A stretch of DNA of 64,000 nucleotides from the NCBI GenBank assembly GCA_965113315.1, contig OZ220365.1; one strand, 5' to 3'. Under the pieces are notes generated by a model. It searched no databases. It worked only from the letters and a program-made list of their open reading frames with translations, and was not told the DNA's origin. Of the stretch, positions 37,036-51,190 are shown one piece after another. This DNA is from Podarcis vaucheri (Eukaryota). The position numbers were made by a program, and so were the translations under genes. How positions within the stretch are numbered: position 1 is the stretch's first letter; each line of letters starts with the position of its first letter.

Positions 37036-37369
37036 CAGGGGTCTGCAACCTTTAAGACAAAAAGAGCCACTTGGACCCGTTTCCGAAGAAAAAACAACAA
37101 CTGGGAGCCGCAAAACCATTGCGACATTTAAAACAAATATATCTCCGGAGCCACGATCTGACAGCGGGCGGGAAGGTGACGTCGGGACGGTGCGTGACTA
37201 ACGCACGCACCGCCCCCATGCGACGTCACAGCCAGTACAGCGCCCGCCACAGTGAGGAGTGTCGGGGCGCACAATGCGCCTCCTCCCCTCGCTAGTATCC
37301 ACCCCGGAGCCGCAGCAAAGATGTAAAAGAGCCACATGCGGCTCCGGAGCCGCGGGTTGCAGACCCCTG
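37036..37369. mobile_element. hAT-Charlie-like non-autonomous element inserted in an old SINE
   Basis: 15-bp perfect TIR CAGGGGTCTGCAACC; perfect TSD TCCTAGAT. Confidence 0.92.
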
Positions 37370-38495
37370 TCCTAGATTCAGTCCCTGGCATCTCCAGATA
37401 GGTTTGGAAATGTCTCTTGCTTGAAATCATGGAGTGCTGCTGTCAGTCAGTGTTTACATTGCTGAGCCAGATGGAGAGGCAGTCTCACTTGGTATAGATA
37501 ACTTCCTCTGTTTCTGTGTGTTTCCTAGAATAACTATGTGACAGCAGTTTTTGAGTGGTGGTGCTTTTACTACTTTAAGAACAACAAAATGACTCATACG
37601 GTTGTGCTGGGGTGCCCCCTGATGGCTCTTTCCATTTCATTATAAATTAAGAAATAGAATCTGGTAGGAAATAAAAGGTGCCTGGCCTTTATTCTGAATA
37701 GAAACTCTTGGCTCAAACTCTTTTAAGGGTCTAGTCTCCATGGAAAGAACAGATGAGCAAACAGATAAGGATCCTGCAAGCAGAAGTACAGAATAGGCAT
37801 TGTCTCAACAGAAAGATATAAAATGCAAATGGATTATACTTATATTCTGTTGGTGGGCTTTTACTCTGCTAGACTTCTACATTAGCTTATGCAGCACATG
37901 TCAGAAAGAGGTATTTTCCTCATAAGTGTTTATTTCTGGTAAGATAAATAAGTTAGCCTACTCCTCAAATTGTTTGTTACAGGGAATAGCCATCCCAAAA
38001 TGTCCCTGTTGCAAAAGTGATTGTTAAACTGATGTTTTGTGTGTGCTCAGCGCTGACTGGAAAGCGTTGTCTCTAGAAAACACTCAGGGCTGCCTTTCTG
38101 CAACAGTTAGTTTTGTTGAATCATTGAGGTCCAAATCTTTTCAGTTATGTGAAGCTTTTTCAATTAATGTCGTTCTTTATATTTTAATATAGCAAAAGGA
38201 CAATCATCTAAATCCATCTATTATACGTGAAATACAATATAGAACATTCATTTTCATTATGCAATATTTATTATCCCGCTTCCTCCATGAAATCCTGACT
38301 CATCTTTTAATTGTATAACAGCCACAAATTTCCCTGGAGCAACTTCCATTTAGAAGGAACTAACTGGAGAAAGTATGGTTCTATCCTTTCTCTTGCAAGC
38401 ATAAAGAACATAATTTTTCTTTTTGAAATACGAAAACTGCCTGAAGCAGAGAGTCACAAATCCATTAACCCGTGCTATCTTTGCTTCTCTTCCAG

Positions 38496-38591
38496 CATTT
38501 CAAAATTTGAAGAACGATGCTGTTTCTTGTACGTGCTGCACAATTCAGATGACTTCCAAATTTATTTCTGTACAGAATACCACTGCAAAAA
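38496..38591 (+). CDS. MAP3K5: ASK1 exon 13 (96 bp) ISKFEERCCFLYV...EYHCKK
   Basis: ccag|C ... AA|gtatgt. Confidence 0.95.
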
Positions 38592-39858
38592 GTATGTTTT
38601 CACCAATTATCTATACGGTTTGCGTGACGGTGATCCTGTGAGCTTCTGCTGTTTAGGAAATTGGCTTCGGCTGACAGGATCATCTTAGACCAATTACATT
38701 CCCCCTGAGCATGAGATATGTGTGCATGAGACAAGTGTATACTAGAGTCAGCATAATGTTTATCAAAATAATTTGAGACCCGCAGATAAAATTGAGATAA
38801 AATGATTTTACTGGGAATATCAACACATTCCTTTTCTCTCTAAGCATGCTGCAGTGGTATAAGTGTTAGAATTCTGGAATCTACCACTTCAGGTGGAAGG
38901 TCTCCTTTTGGTCTTATGTTTTCTAAAAGAAAACCTGGCGTGTGTGAACAAGCACACTGGAAAGGGGGCTACACCATACCTTTGTTAGTTAACTACATGC
39001 AGGCAGGCTTAATTTTACATGAAGCAGCATTCAAAAAATGATACGCCCATATGCCTGCAATTTTTGGTACAGTCTAGAATTCTGCCAGCAGTATCTTACT
39101 TCATTCTGTATAATGCATTGAATGGCTCTTTGACAGGAATTGAAATGTTTGAAGAAAAATAATATTCAGTATTCTAAAAAGGAGTAACGGCTGCTGATGA
39201 ACTGGTTGGTATTTTTGAGCCTCAGGCGAACATAGAATGATGAGCATGGAGTGATGTTTAGAAGGCTTGCTTACAAAGTTCTACCTATCCAAATCTGTCC
39301 TTGGATTTTGAAGCTACGAGTTACCTGGTCTTGCTTACAGGGTTGCACCATTGTGTTGGGAAACATAACACTCTTCTGGTTTTGATTTCCAATTTGTATT
39401 CAGATGAATAGTTGGTCACATTTTTTCAGTTTACATTGTGCTAACTATCAACATCCATCAAATATTTCTTTGCAACAACAATTGTAATAGTAATTATCTT
39501 GCTGCAATCATCAAGACTGAATCATTGCACATACAGACAATTCCAGCATACAAAGGAATCCTGATGTGATAGTACACTTAATTCAGGATTCCTTTTGGCA
39601 TGATGTTTTATCAGCATGTCTTCCTTTGCAATAGTAACAATGTAAAGAAAATAAGATGCAAGCTAAAACTGTGGCAAATTGTGCAACTGCTGTTTTAAAA
39701 ATTAATCTGGATGGCAAACAGAATAGGGCAAAAATGGATGTGGTAAATTTTGTTAATCCCTGTTGTCCAGCTGTGATATAATTAAAAATCATGGTTTGTA
39801 TTCAGGAGCACAATATTATTAGAGTACGCATTTATACACACATGCACAACTGCATGTA

Positions 39859-40273
39859 CAGTGGTACCTCGCAAGACGAATGCCTCGCAAGACAAAAAAC
39901 TCGCTAGACGAAAGGTTTTTCTGTTTTCGATTTGCCTCGCAAGACAAATTTCCCTATGGGCTTGCTTCGCAAGACGAAAACGTCTCGCGACTTTGTTTCC
40001 TTTGTCTAAAAACAAAGACATGTTTTGTTTATAAAGTTAATTTATTTTCCCTTCAATTTTTGAACTGCTCTTTACAGTATGTGTGACTTTAAAGAGCAGT
40101 TAATAAACTGTTGTTGTACCAAATTTGGCTTTGTTTGGACTTTTTTTGACCATAGGAACGCATTCATTGAATTTCAATGCATTCCTATGGGATTTCGTGA
40201 TTCGCAAGACGAAAAATTCGCTAGACGACAAAACTTGCGGAACGAATTAATTTCGTCTTGCGGGGCACCACTG
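39859..40273. mobile_element. Tigger/pogo-like MITE
   Basis: TA TSD; TIR CAGTGGT.CC.CGCAAGACGAA; internal CGCAAGACG repeats. Confidence 0.88.
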
Positions 40274-40479
40274 TATTTTATCCATTCATGAAAAACTCTT
40301 CACATGAATCTTGAGACACTTTACAGAAAATCTACCACAATCGCTTTAAAAACACCACAAAAATGAGAGCTAAAGATAGGTTTTAAAACAATGCAGAATA
40401 ATCATCTAAGGAAGATACATTTCCCCAGGTTTTCCCCTGTTTCCAAAAAGGACACGGTAATGGGCATCTGTTGTATATC

Positions 40480-40760
40480 AGTAGTGATGCTGTTGAGTGG
40501 AGAAGGGAAGTGGCTTTAAAAGGGGATTAGACAAATTCATGGAGGAGAAAGCTATGAATGGCTCCTAGCCGCAGTGCCTATGCAATGCTTCTGAATACCA
40601 GTGGCTGGAAACCACAGGAGGGGAGAGTGCGGCTCTTGAGCTCGGATCCTGCTGGCTGGTTTCCCACATTCAACTGTCCGGCCACTGTAAGAACAGCATG
40701 CTGGACTAGAGGGGCCGTTGGCCTGATGCAGCAGGCTTTTCTTACGTTATTATGTTCTTA
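40480..40760 (+). mobile_element. Old CR1 3' end
   Basis: FKRGLDKFME-coding segment followed by a TTCTTATG-like tail. Confidence 0.6.
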
Positions 40761-40885
40761 AAATGGAGGGGGTAAAAGCTATTATGAGCACAGTGAAACA
40801 GTCATAAGCAGCTAAAAAACAGAGGCAACCACTAGGATTCATTTTGCTGTAATACTATATTTTCTTTCATATGGATTTTTGGCAG

Positions 40886-40967
40886 ATTTTTTGAAATGGT
40901 TAATAGCATCACTGAAGAAATAGGAAAGAACACGGAGGAAGGTGAATGTGATGGAGACTCTCTGGAG
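40886..40967 (+). CDS. MAP3K5: ASK1 exon 14 (82 bp) FFEMVNSIT...GDSLE
   Basis: gcag|A ... GAG|gtaagg. Confidence 0.94.
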
Positions 40968-41567
40968 GTAAGGGCAATCTTGCATTCCTGCTACTTCTCA
41001 CACTTTTACAGAATTGTGCTCCTGTTGGGTTACTTTTTCTTAACTGGATAATTAGCTGGATGAGCCTTAACTGCTTTGGAATAAAAAGCAAGCCAAATCC
41101 TCATCTCTTTCATATTGAAAGAGTTCGATGTCAAATTGACAACTTCTGGATTGTTCCAGTAATAGCTGTTAATGCAGTTTATCTCAAACTTGAAAGTACT
41201 GCTTCCATCTTGCGCCCCTAAGCATGTCCAACAATCACTGACTTCAGTCATGTTCTTGATTTCTCTGTGGTAGCTGTAAAATCCAATGCAAAGTAGTGTT
41301 ATCATAGTGAATTGCTGCTTTGGGAATATCAGTTGGCCACTGAAGTGCAGGGTGTAAATTTAGAAACAAATGGAGGTTACGCTATGTTTCGAAGACTTGG
41401 AACTTCTAAGATACTTCTTAGAAATGTTTATTCCAGGCTGACAACTGCAATTTAATTCAGGTAAGGCATGACTTCCCTGTGTTATTTCTAAGCACACAAG
41501 ACAATACTTAAACGGAATAAATACTAGAATCACTGATATTTTCCTTTTGTTGTACCTTCTGTTGTAG

Positions 41568-41701
41568 TATGACTACGAATATGATGAAAATGGTGATCGA
41601 GTTATTCTGGGTAAAGGCACTTACGGTGTAGTTTATGCAGGACGAGATATGAGCAATCAAGTGAGAATTGCCATTAAAGAAATCCCAGAAAGAGATAGCA
41701 G
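41568..41701 (+). CDS. MAP3K5: ASK1 exon 15 (134 bp), kinase start with GKGTYG and IAIKE
   Basis: gtag|T ... AG|gtaaag; glycine-rich loop and catalytic lysine. Confidence 0.96.
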
Positions 41702-43466
41702 GTAAAGTAATAGTCTGCATTACATAGGCTTTCATGTACTCCGTGTTCTTAGTTCTCCAAAGTTTAAACAATTGCATGATGTGTTAGATGTTAGACATAA
41801 AAAGCTTAATCAAAGTGATTCATAGGCTTCTTTAGGTGTGCAGGGTATAGTTATTTTTGCATAATATTTTGATTTCCAGGCTCTCAGTGTTCTAGCTCCT
41901 GCCCAAGAACAATGACAGCTGCACTTGCTTGTTACTAAAGAAGCCAAGCTTCATTCTAGAAGACTGACAGTGCAAATTTAGCAACAGGAGAAGAGCAGGA
42001 ATTAGTCCAAATGCCCTTAGATGCCAATGATGCAGCAAAGGTCAAACCATTTAGGAGAGAAGCTTCAAGGTTCCCTAAACACAAGGGATGAGGCCAGTGG
42101 TCAGGGTTCCAGGATCAGGAGCTGCAACATCAGACTGCACAGGAGTGTGAAGTTGTTCAGACAACTGGTCCCAACTATCTGCCATGCTTTTAAACAGAGA
42201 CAAGGGAAGTCTAGTTACTTGTGAGAATGCTTGGCCTGCTGAGAACTCCTGGCCTGTAGCCAGGTGCTCCTTATTTGAGGGGAGGGAGGGTGATCCTGCC
42301 TCTGGTTGCGCCTCTGTTTCTTTGAAGACAACGCCTGGCTTTCCTGCTCTGATAGCTCACTCTGTGACATGGAGCTCCTCACCTCTCCAGGCAGAGAAGT
42401 GGCATCCCTGGCATTGGATAGCTCAACCTCCTCATCCTAAGCCAAGGAAGGAGGGGACCTGGAAGACTTTCAGAGGGAGAGTTTCAGTGGAGGGGCTCAG
42501 CTCAGAATCAGGGGCCTGAGCAGGAGGGCCACAACACACAGGTTCTCGAAAACACTCGTCTATGACAGCTTACTAGGCTCCTGATTGCTGTCATAGACTT
42601 CACATGGGAGTATGTGAAGTGCCATGGGAAAAGGTGAGCCCTTTCCTGCCCCTCGATCCCTGAAATTGGAGTAGTCTTGTGCCTCAAGATTTTGTGTCTG
42701 GTAACTTTCAGCACATGGTCAGGAACGTGATACTGCAGAAGGATTCAAATGTTTGGATTTGTAAAAATTCAAGCCTAATCCCTCAAATCAGAGACTCAGT
42801 CCTGATTACACTGGTGGTTTACCACCACCACCAAAGAAAATCCTAATAGATTGTGTGGTCTACTCACATGATCAGTACAACAATAGAATGACTAATACAC
42901 CATGAACACAAGTTAACTACTCCTGTGAGCAGGGGTGGGGTTGCAAAAGCTGGTTGCTGGCATGTCATTAAAACAGGCTCCATACCTTAGTTTTCCAGAA
43001 GAAACACAGAAAATCACTGAAAAAGCCAGCCAAATAGCACATGTGAGTGGATACTGGCTGAAAACTGCAGATCTCTCAGTGAAGAAGGGGAAAAAAATGT
43101 TATTGCACTTTAGGCAAACATCCATGGTTGACATTTCCTATAAACCTCCTACTTTAAAAGCTTTTCATTTATGCTGGATTATTCAACCAAAGAGATAAGC
43201 TTGAGTTTTATTTTTCTATGCTGTTGGGATGGTTCATTTATTTAGCCTTCAAGCTTTCTGCCTGCCTGTTTGTTCTCCATTATCATTTAGACCTATTTCC
43301 TTTTGATAAATGTTGCCCGGGCAATTTCCTGTGCCATTTTACCTTAAAGTATTTACTAGCAGAATTGCTATTTCAGGTTGCTTTTGAATTTCTATCACAG
43401 CATGGTAGGGTATGGAATTCCGTACAGTGAAATAAGCTGGTTGAGGCAGTCTGAACTTTCTTCCAG

Positions 43467-43594
43467 GTATTCCCAGCCTTTGCATGAAGAAATAGCTTTG
43501 CATAAGCACCTCAAACATAAGAACATTGTTCAGTATCTTGGCTCGTTTAGTGAAAACGGATTCATTAAGATATTCATGGAACAAGTACCAGGAG
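43467..43594 (+). CDS. MAP3K5: ASK1 exon 16 (128 bp) [12 protein letters not shown]...MEQVPG
   Basis: ccag|G ... G|gtaagc. Confidence 0.96.
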
Positions 43595-43601
43595 GTAAGC
43601 A

Positions 43602-43753
43602 NNNNNNNNNNNNNNNNNNNNNNNNNNNNNNNNNNNNNNNNNNNNNNNNNNNNNNNNNNNNNNNNNNNNNNNNNNNNNNNNNNNNNNNNNNNNNNNNNNN
43701 NNNNNNNNNNNNNNNNNNNNNNNNNNNNNNNNNNNNNNNNNNNNNNNNNNNNN
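43602..43753. other. Assembly gap (152 N)
   Basis: run of N starting 7 bp into intron 16. Confidence 0.99.
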
Positions 43754-44614
43754 ATTATTGTGCTCACAAGACTCTGCTCACATTTTCACTGAGCGGAATA
43801 GCTCAGAATTAGCTCAGGCATTGAAGTGTTTACTGATGACACCCATCTAATAGTTCCTTAGACCATAGGCCTAACCTAAGAGTAAGCCCTTGAGAACTCT
43901 GTGGGGCTTACTTCTGAGAAGACAGCACTAGGATTGCATTGCAACGTAAACAAATCTTGGGGCACAATTCAGCTAATGAGTCCCATCAGTGGCAGCCCTG
44001 CACAATGACTTCCACTTGCCCAATAGAGCTTCCTGCCCTCTTCTCCTTCCCACACTACCTGAAATTGGCTCAAGTGGAGGGGGGGTGTCAGGAGAGCCCC
44101 CAGAGCAGCAGGAATGGGAAAGGGGAATTGTTCTGTCTGGCAAGCCAAAATGTTTAGCAGTCACCTTAGTGCAATGTGAAATTCCTTTCTATGTGCCTAG
44201 GATGTTGACATTTTATACTTTAGTTATCTAGAACTAGTGCGGTTGGCTGGATTAACAGAACTTTACCAATTCCATTATGTTGGGATTTGCTTTCCTGCTG
44301 ACTTGCATATCTCAGATGACCTAAAAATAGCACAGGCCTTTGAATTGGAATAAGCAATTCATTCTCTTTTTCTATTATATAATAAAAAGGGATATTGTTT
44401 ATTTTAATTGGCAAGCCTATCCAGATGCTTAGGCAGCAACCAGATCAGCCCCTCCCAGGCCACTGGGCCCTTCCCCAGGATCAGTTCCATACTCTTGTCC
44501 AAATCGTGCTCCCCTTTCCATCCAGCCTGGCCAGAACATCTCCACAGGGCTAATGACAATGGTGATCTTCCTGATTTGAAAATTACCTTCATTTACTTGT
44601 TTTCCATATTACAG

Positions 44615-44751
44615 GCAGCCTTTCTGCTCTTCTGAGATCAAAATGGGGACCATTAAAGGATAATGAACAGACCATTGGTTTTTATACCAAACAGATACTT
44701 GAAGGATTGAAATACCTCCATGATAATCAAATAGTGCATCGAGACATAAAG
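44615..44751 (+). CDS. MAP3K5: ASK1 exon 17 (137 bp) [11 protein letters not shown]...HRDIK
   Basis: acag|G ... AAG|gtagat; catalytic loop. Confidence 0.96.
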
Positions 44752-44877
44752 GTAGATTTCTTTATAAAAAGCATTAAATTTATGTAATGGATATGAAGTT
44801 ATCCTTAAGTGCCCTCTGAAGCAAAATGCAATGGAATGGAGAAGAACTTGATTCAGTTCTCAGAGTCTTAAGCTGAT

Positions 44878-46615
44878 GAATCATAGAAGCTTAGAGTTGG
44901 AAGGGACCCAAGGGTCATCTAGTCCAACCCCTTGCAATGATGGAATCTCAGCTAAAGCATCCACAACAGATGTCCATCCAACCTCTATTTAAAAACCTCC
45001 AAGGATGGAGAGTCCACCACCTCTCGTGGGAGTCTCTTCCACTGCTGAACAGCTCTTACTGTCAGAAAGTTTTTCTTAATGTTTAGTTAGAATCCTTTTT
45101 CTTGCAACATGAAGCCATTGGTTCGAGTCCTACCCTCCAGAACAAGAGAAAACAAGCATGCTCTCTCCTCCATGTGACAGCCCTTAAGATATTTGAAGAT
45201 GGTTATCATATCTCCTCTCAATCTCCTCTTTTCCAGGCTAAACATACCCAGCTCCTTCAAGCACTCCTCATAAGACTTAGTTTCCAGACCCTTGTGGTCC
45301 CCAGAATTGGACACAGTATTCCAAGTGTGGTCTGACCAAGGCAGAATAGAGTGGTACTGTTACTTCCCTTGATCTGGACGCTGTAATTCTGTTGATGCAG
45401 CATAAATAGCATTAACTGTTCTTGCTTTTTTTGCTGCTGCATCACACTGTTGACTCATGTTAAGCTTGTGGTCCACCAAGACCACTAGATCCTTTTCACA
45501 TGTACTGCTGGTAAGCCAGGTGTCCCTCATCCTATATTTGTGCACCTGTTTCTTCCTGCCTAAGTGTAGAACCTTACATTTGTCCCTATTTAAATTCATT
45601 TTGTTAGCATGCACCCAGTTCTCCAATTTGTTAAGGTCATTCTGAATTCTGATTCTGTCTTCTGCAACATTAGCTACCTTTCCCAATCTGGTGTCATCTG
45701 CAAATATGATCCCCTAAATTCCTTCATCTTAGTCATTTATAAAGACGTTGAACAACAACGGGCCCAGGACAGAACCCTGCGGCACTCCACTTGTCACTTT
45801 TTTCCAGAATGATGAGGAACCATTAATGAGTACTCTTTGGGTTTGGTCAGCCAACCAGCTACAAATCCACCTAACAGTTACCTCATTCAACCCACATTTT
45901 ACCAGCTTCCTCATGAGAATATCATGGGGGACTTTTATCAAAAGCCTTACTGAAATCAAGATTCACCAAGTCCACAGCATTTCCTTGATCCACCAAGTTT
46001 GTAATTCCATCAAAAAAAAGAAATCAGATTGGTCTGGCATGACTTTTTTTTTTGAGAAACCCATGCTGGGTCTTAGTAATCACAGCATCCTTTCCTAAAT
46101 GCTCACAGACCGACTATTGAATTATCTGTTCTAGGACCTTCCCTAGTATTGATGTCAAGCTCACTGGTCAGTAGTTACAGTAGTATTTTTTCACCCCTTT
46201 TTGAAGATGGGGACAACATTTTCTCGCCTCCAGTCTGTAGGGACCTCACCTGTTCTCCAAAAATTCTCTAAGATAATAGACAAAGGCTCTGAAATTACAT
46301 CCACAAGCTCCTTTAGTATTCATTTAAAGTATAATTCATTTCAAGTAGCTAGGTGTTCCCTTACTACCTCTTTTCCTATCTTGAGCTGTAGTGCCCTCTT
46401 TACCATTCTGTTATCACCAGGTTGGGCATTGCTTTCTTTTTGGGTGAAGGCCAAGGCAAAGGAGGTGTTGAGTAGTTCTGTCTTTTCTCTGTCACCCAAT
46501 AGCATTTCTCCGTGTTCCCCACGCAGAGGACCTACCACTTGCTTGTTCTTCCTCTTACTTTGGACATAGCCAAAGAAACATATATTATTATTATTGTTGT
46601 TAGTTTTAGCCAGCA
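44878..46615 (-). mobile_element. CR1 LINE, 5'-truncated and decayed
   Basis: RT peptides [22 protein letters not shown] and KCKVLHLGRK; 3' end nearly the same as the copy at 31612. Confidence 0.93.
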
Positions 46616-46619
46616 TGAC

Positions 46620-47190
46620 TTTCCCCCTGCAACTGTTGGCTACTCGTGTATTCTCCTCTTCTGTGATTTTCCCTTTTCCGCCCTTTTCTTAAAAGTGTTC
46701 AAACATACCTACACTCAATCCCACAGATAATTCCTTTTCCCATCACCATCCACCACCCCTCACCCCACCTTTGTGTTAGACTTCCAATCTACTCAGTTGC
46801 AATTTCTTTCCACTTCTATTACTTTCTTTCACACACCTTTAACCTAATTTCATACTTCTTTTTCTATTACACATTGTTATCCATCTTATTTGGTATTTCA
46901 GTATTTGAAGCGGAACTTGTTTATTCTAATAGGAGTTCTGATTTTTCGATATGGTTTTGCAAGTATCTTTTAAACACCTTCCAGTCCCTGTCTATCTTCA
47001 CTTTTGAGATCCTTCCAATTTCTCCCATTGTTTTGGATATATTGTAGTACTCCAATCATTCGGCAAGCCACTCTATTTTTGTCAGTACAAAAAAGTGGTA
47101 TTGTTCCCTTTCTTCCCTTTCTTATACATGCCCTTCTTAACTCTCAGCTCATCTGTACGCTCCTTATGCAGCCATATCGGTTTCCTTAGA
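46620..47190 (-). mobile_element. Probable L1 3' fragment
   Basis: The minus-strand peptide EWLAE*LEYYNISK...RDWKVFKRYLQ resembles the C-terminus of non-mammalian L1 ORF2; boundaries approximate. Confidence 0.5.
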
Positions 47191-47698
47191 TGCTGCTAAT
47201 GATCCAGTTGGATAGATTACTATGATCTAGTAGGATAGGCCTTTTGGAATTCTTTGCCAGAGTTCAAATCTCCTTTTCAGCTACGAGTTCACGTTGTGGC
47301 TGTGCATATGGCACTGTGCATTTTACTCATGTTCTTCAAAAATGTTGCCTGCATAAAATCAGATGGAGTTCTTTTTCCTAGCACAGTGTATACACCCTAT
47401 GTTATAAGACAGATGACTGCTGTTGCAACAGCACCAGCTATCAACTGCCGGGCAGCATTGCATAAGCAGTTATATGACACAGGGAAACCCCCTATTTGGA
47501 ATATATAGAAGATGCAACTCTGCATGGACCTATTTGTTTTGCAGCAAACACAAAACCATAGCAGATTAAGGTACTTCTACTCAATTCTAGATTTCATTTC
47601 TGTCTTGTTTTATGTAGAGATCCTTTAAAAATAAGGCATTATGATATTTAAAAATGCAAAGCAAAAAAAAAAAATGATTGGGAGATTTTATATAAACT

Positions 47699-47852
47699 CA
47701 GTGCTTTTTTTCTGGGGGGGGGGACGCAGGAGTACACATACCCCTAAACATTTTGTGAATCTAAGTTTGGCCTCATTGAGGGGCAGTATTTCAATATGAG
47801 TAGTAAAATGAGAGTACCCCTATACATGTGTTTTTTAAAAGAAAAAGCACTG
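47699..47852. mobile_element. hAT-type MITE
   Basis: TIR CAGTGCTTTTT; 8-bp TSD TATAAACT/TATAAGCT. Confidence 0.85.
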
Positions 47853-48235
47853 TATAAGCTAATTTATAAAAACAAATTAAAAAGCCCCTAAAAACTAATT
47901 TCATAAAAAACTAATTTCTGTAGAAAGCATGAAAGGGTCCAAATGTTACTTTACATAATAAACCTAGAGAAATCTAGAACTCCAAAATCTCGTAATAAAT
48001 ATCAAAATAGCCAATTGTTCATAATACGTTTGAAAGAATTTGAATTCTCTTGTTTTTATTACATGCATTCCATAATGAAGTTTCATTGAACTAGAAATGA
48101 AGTGACTAATAGTAGCTTCCACTTAATTCCTCTTTTATTACAAGCCATTTCATCATTAATTTTAGCTGCAAACTCTTTTTCAAGATCAGCCATAAGATAA
48201 AAAAAAATAACAATCCCAAATATTCTCCCCTCCAG

Positions 48236-48341
48236 GGTGATAATGTACTTATCAACACATACAGTGGAGTGCTAAAGATTTCAGATTTTGGGACATCAAA
48301 GAGGCTTGCTGGCATAAATCCATGCACTGAAACATTCACAG
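48236..48341 (+). CDS. MAP3K5: ASK1 exon 18 (106 bp) GDNVLI...[19 protein letters not shown]
   Basis: ccag|G ... G|gtatgt; DFG and activation loop. Confidence 0.96.
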
Positions 48342-49184
48342 GTATGTTTCTAAAACATATTGCAGAGTCGCCTAATTTAAGAGTAAAAGAATATTCTAGA
48401 GCATAAATTAGATAAGGCACTTACTCCCAGGACAGCTTTAGTTCTGTACATTTTTGAAAACCCTGATACGGGATGAGATCCCAAGCACACTGACTTGCAA
48501 AGTTGCACTGAAGTCATTGGGAAATGTTTTCAAGAGGGTGGCTTTATTCATTGAACAAGTTGTGGTCATCAGATAAGTATTAATAATCTGCCTGCGCAAC
48601 ACGCATAGCAGTTTCCTTCACTGTTATCAGCAACATTCCTGGTCCCTGAATCAAGAGAAACCCAGACTGCTGCAGCTTCCTGACCTTCCATATTATAAGG
48701 AAACATTCTGATATAGCTGGAAGCAATACGTCTGCTTAGATGAGCGAAGATGTGTGTGTTCTGTTCCTCAGTCTAGCAGCTAAGACAGCATGCATCCATA
48801 GATACTTTGGTATCAGCATACTGTTTGAGACAGTATGTTTCTTTGTAGACTTTGTTCCCTGCCTCATTTCCCCTTTCTTGCTAAACAGCTAATGAATGAT
48901 ACTCAGATTATCTGACTGAGCTTCACACATGCAGATTTGAATCATGTTCAGAATGTATTTTGATTACCATTCTCTTCATTTTTAATTTCAATTGATATTG
49001 ATGGTAATGGTGATATTAAATTCAGTATTATAGTCTTACTTTTATGCAAACAGAACTTGCATAAAAGCAGTGTGGCCTAAGGTAAGCTACTGCTGCATCG
49101 CACTTTAGGCCTGCCTTGCAGAGAAAGTCTAGATATATTTATAAATAAATTCAATCTCTTAGTCTCTCCCCATAATTCTGTTTA

Positions 49185-49416
49185 CAGTGGTACCTCGGGT
49201 AACATACGCTTCAGGTTACATACGCTTCAGGTTACAGACTTCGCTAACCCAGAAATATTACCTCAGGTTAAGAACTTTGCTTCAGGATGAGAACAGAAAT
49301 TGTGTGGCAGCGTCGGGGAGGCCCCATTAGCTAAAGTGGTGCTTCAGGTTAAGAACAGTTTCAGGTTAAGAACGGACCTCCAGAACGAATTAAGTACTTA
49401 ACCCGAGGTACCACTG
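49185..49416. mobile_element. Tigger/pogo-like MITE (same family as 36792)
   Basis: TA TSD; TIR CAGTGGTACCTCGGGT. Confidence 0.9.
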
Positions 49417-49799
49417 TATTTATTTTTATATATGTTGTAAGAATTGCTGAGATAATGAGCTGCTTTAAACTGTGATTTATTGGACTGAGAACAAGCACTG
49501 AGCCCATGATTCTCCTTTCCTTCTTTCACTTGTGCACCATACTGAGGTTTATTCTGGATTGTAAATGGAAATTAAACCACAGTTTCCCAGTTCGGGTGTA
49601 ATGTAATGAACCACATTAGAAGCACCCAAACTTCGCACATGAAGGGAAGGGTGAGAACAGAACATGGACACAAAGCCTATTACATTGGGTCAACACAGCT
49701 AAAATGCTTTGCACGCTCAATAAAGTGCAAAACACCATGAAAGCCTGGGAATTTAATATTTGACTATGTGCTTTTCTTCCAGCTTTCTCTTTTGATTAA

Positions 49800-50036
<237 letters not shown>

Positions 50037-50314
50037 TAAAAGAGACGCTGATCTGGAGAAGAGCCATAAGATGAAACACTCATCTGTGTGTGTCTGTGAG
50101 GAATAATATATTTTGCAGTAGTGATTCAGTTAAAAGGGAAAATATGCTAAAGAGAGAATATTAAAAAGTTGTTCAAATTCCAATGAATGCCTCCCTGGGA
50201 ATGAAAACCAGTTTCAAATGGAAATGCTAATGACTTTATGTAATGTTTTATTTTAAGGAGACTCCTCTCTGTGGTGGAAGGTCTTGATTGTCTTTCCTTT
50301 TCTGTATTTGTCAG

Positions 50315-50492
50315 GTTGGAATGTTCAAAATACACCCTGAGATTCCTGAATCCATGTCAGCAGAGGCAAAAGCCTTCCTATTGTGCTGCTTTGAACCAGA
50401 TCCAGACAAGAGAGCCTGTGCTAACGAGCTTCTTATAGATGACTTTTTAAAGGTTACAAGCAAAAAAAGGAAGTCTCAGTCAAAGTTAACAG
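50315..50492 (+). CDS. MAP3K5: ASK1 exon 20 (178 bp) [11 protein letters not shown]...QSKLT
   Basis: tcag|G ... G|gtaaag. Confidence 0.95.
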
Positions 50493-50953
50493 GTAAAGAC
50501 CTATTTATGCCTAGCTCAAAGAGCTTAGCAATTCTGTTTAATTTAGCCAACACTGACAGCTTCTTTGAGAAGCTCAACACAGAATCACTAGCATACTTAA
50601 AATGTGCCTTTAATCAACCAGTTTGCCTCGAATAAGTGTTTTTTAAATGTTTATGATACTATTTGTTAATATTTAACTTCCCTTTGAAAGCATTGAGACT
50701 TACTTAAGAGAGTAATAACAGGCTTGTTAATTTTCCCCCCCAGTGAAAACAAGTCATGAATAACTTTAGCTAGATTGAGGCCTTTATGTGTGTCTTAAAA
50801 TAATCCTTAAAACACAAAACCCCCTCTGTTTTAAATTCTCTGAACATCCCCCCCCCCCGGTAATATGGTCAAATTACCTGTTGCTAGTTCTACATCATAA
50901 GTGAATTCTGGATGGTTTCAGTTACTTTTCCTTTTCTATTTTTTCTCTCACAG

Positions 50954-50974
50954 CACTCTCAGTTGGATCAAATG
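50954..50974 (+). CDS. MAP3K5: ASK1 micro-exon 21 (21 bp) ALSVGSN
   Basis: long pyrimidine tract, acag|C ... G|gtaaga; phase 1-1; human ALSAGSN. Confidence 0.9.
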
Positions 50975-51190
50975 GTAAGATTAATATTTAGACCTTCCTT
51001 TTCATACACTTAATGAAATCTTTGAACTTCGGTGTTTTATTTAGTCATTAGCTACTACATTTACCATTTCAAATGAGAAAATAATAACCGAATATGACAT
51101 CTGCTCATACAGTAGCACTTCCTCTTCTCACCTTCCACAGCCTCTTGTGCAACTTCAGAACCTGCTTCAAAGGGCAATAACAGAGACATA

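Noticed and set aside
43339-43812. ORFs running through X residues
   Set aside because: Artefacts of the N gap; only 43467-43594 is exon.
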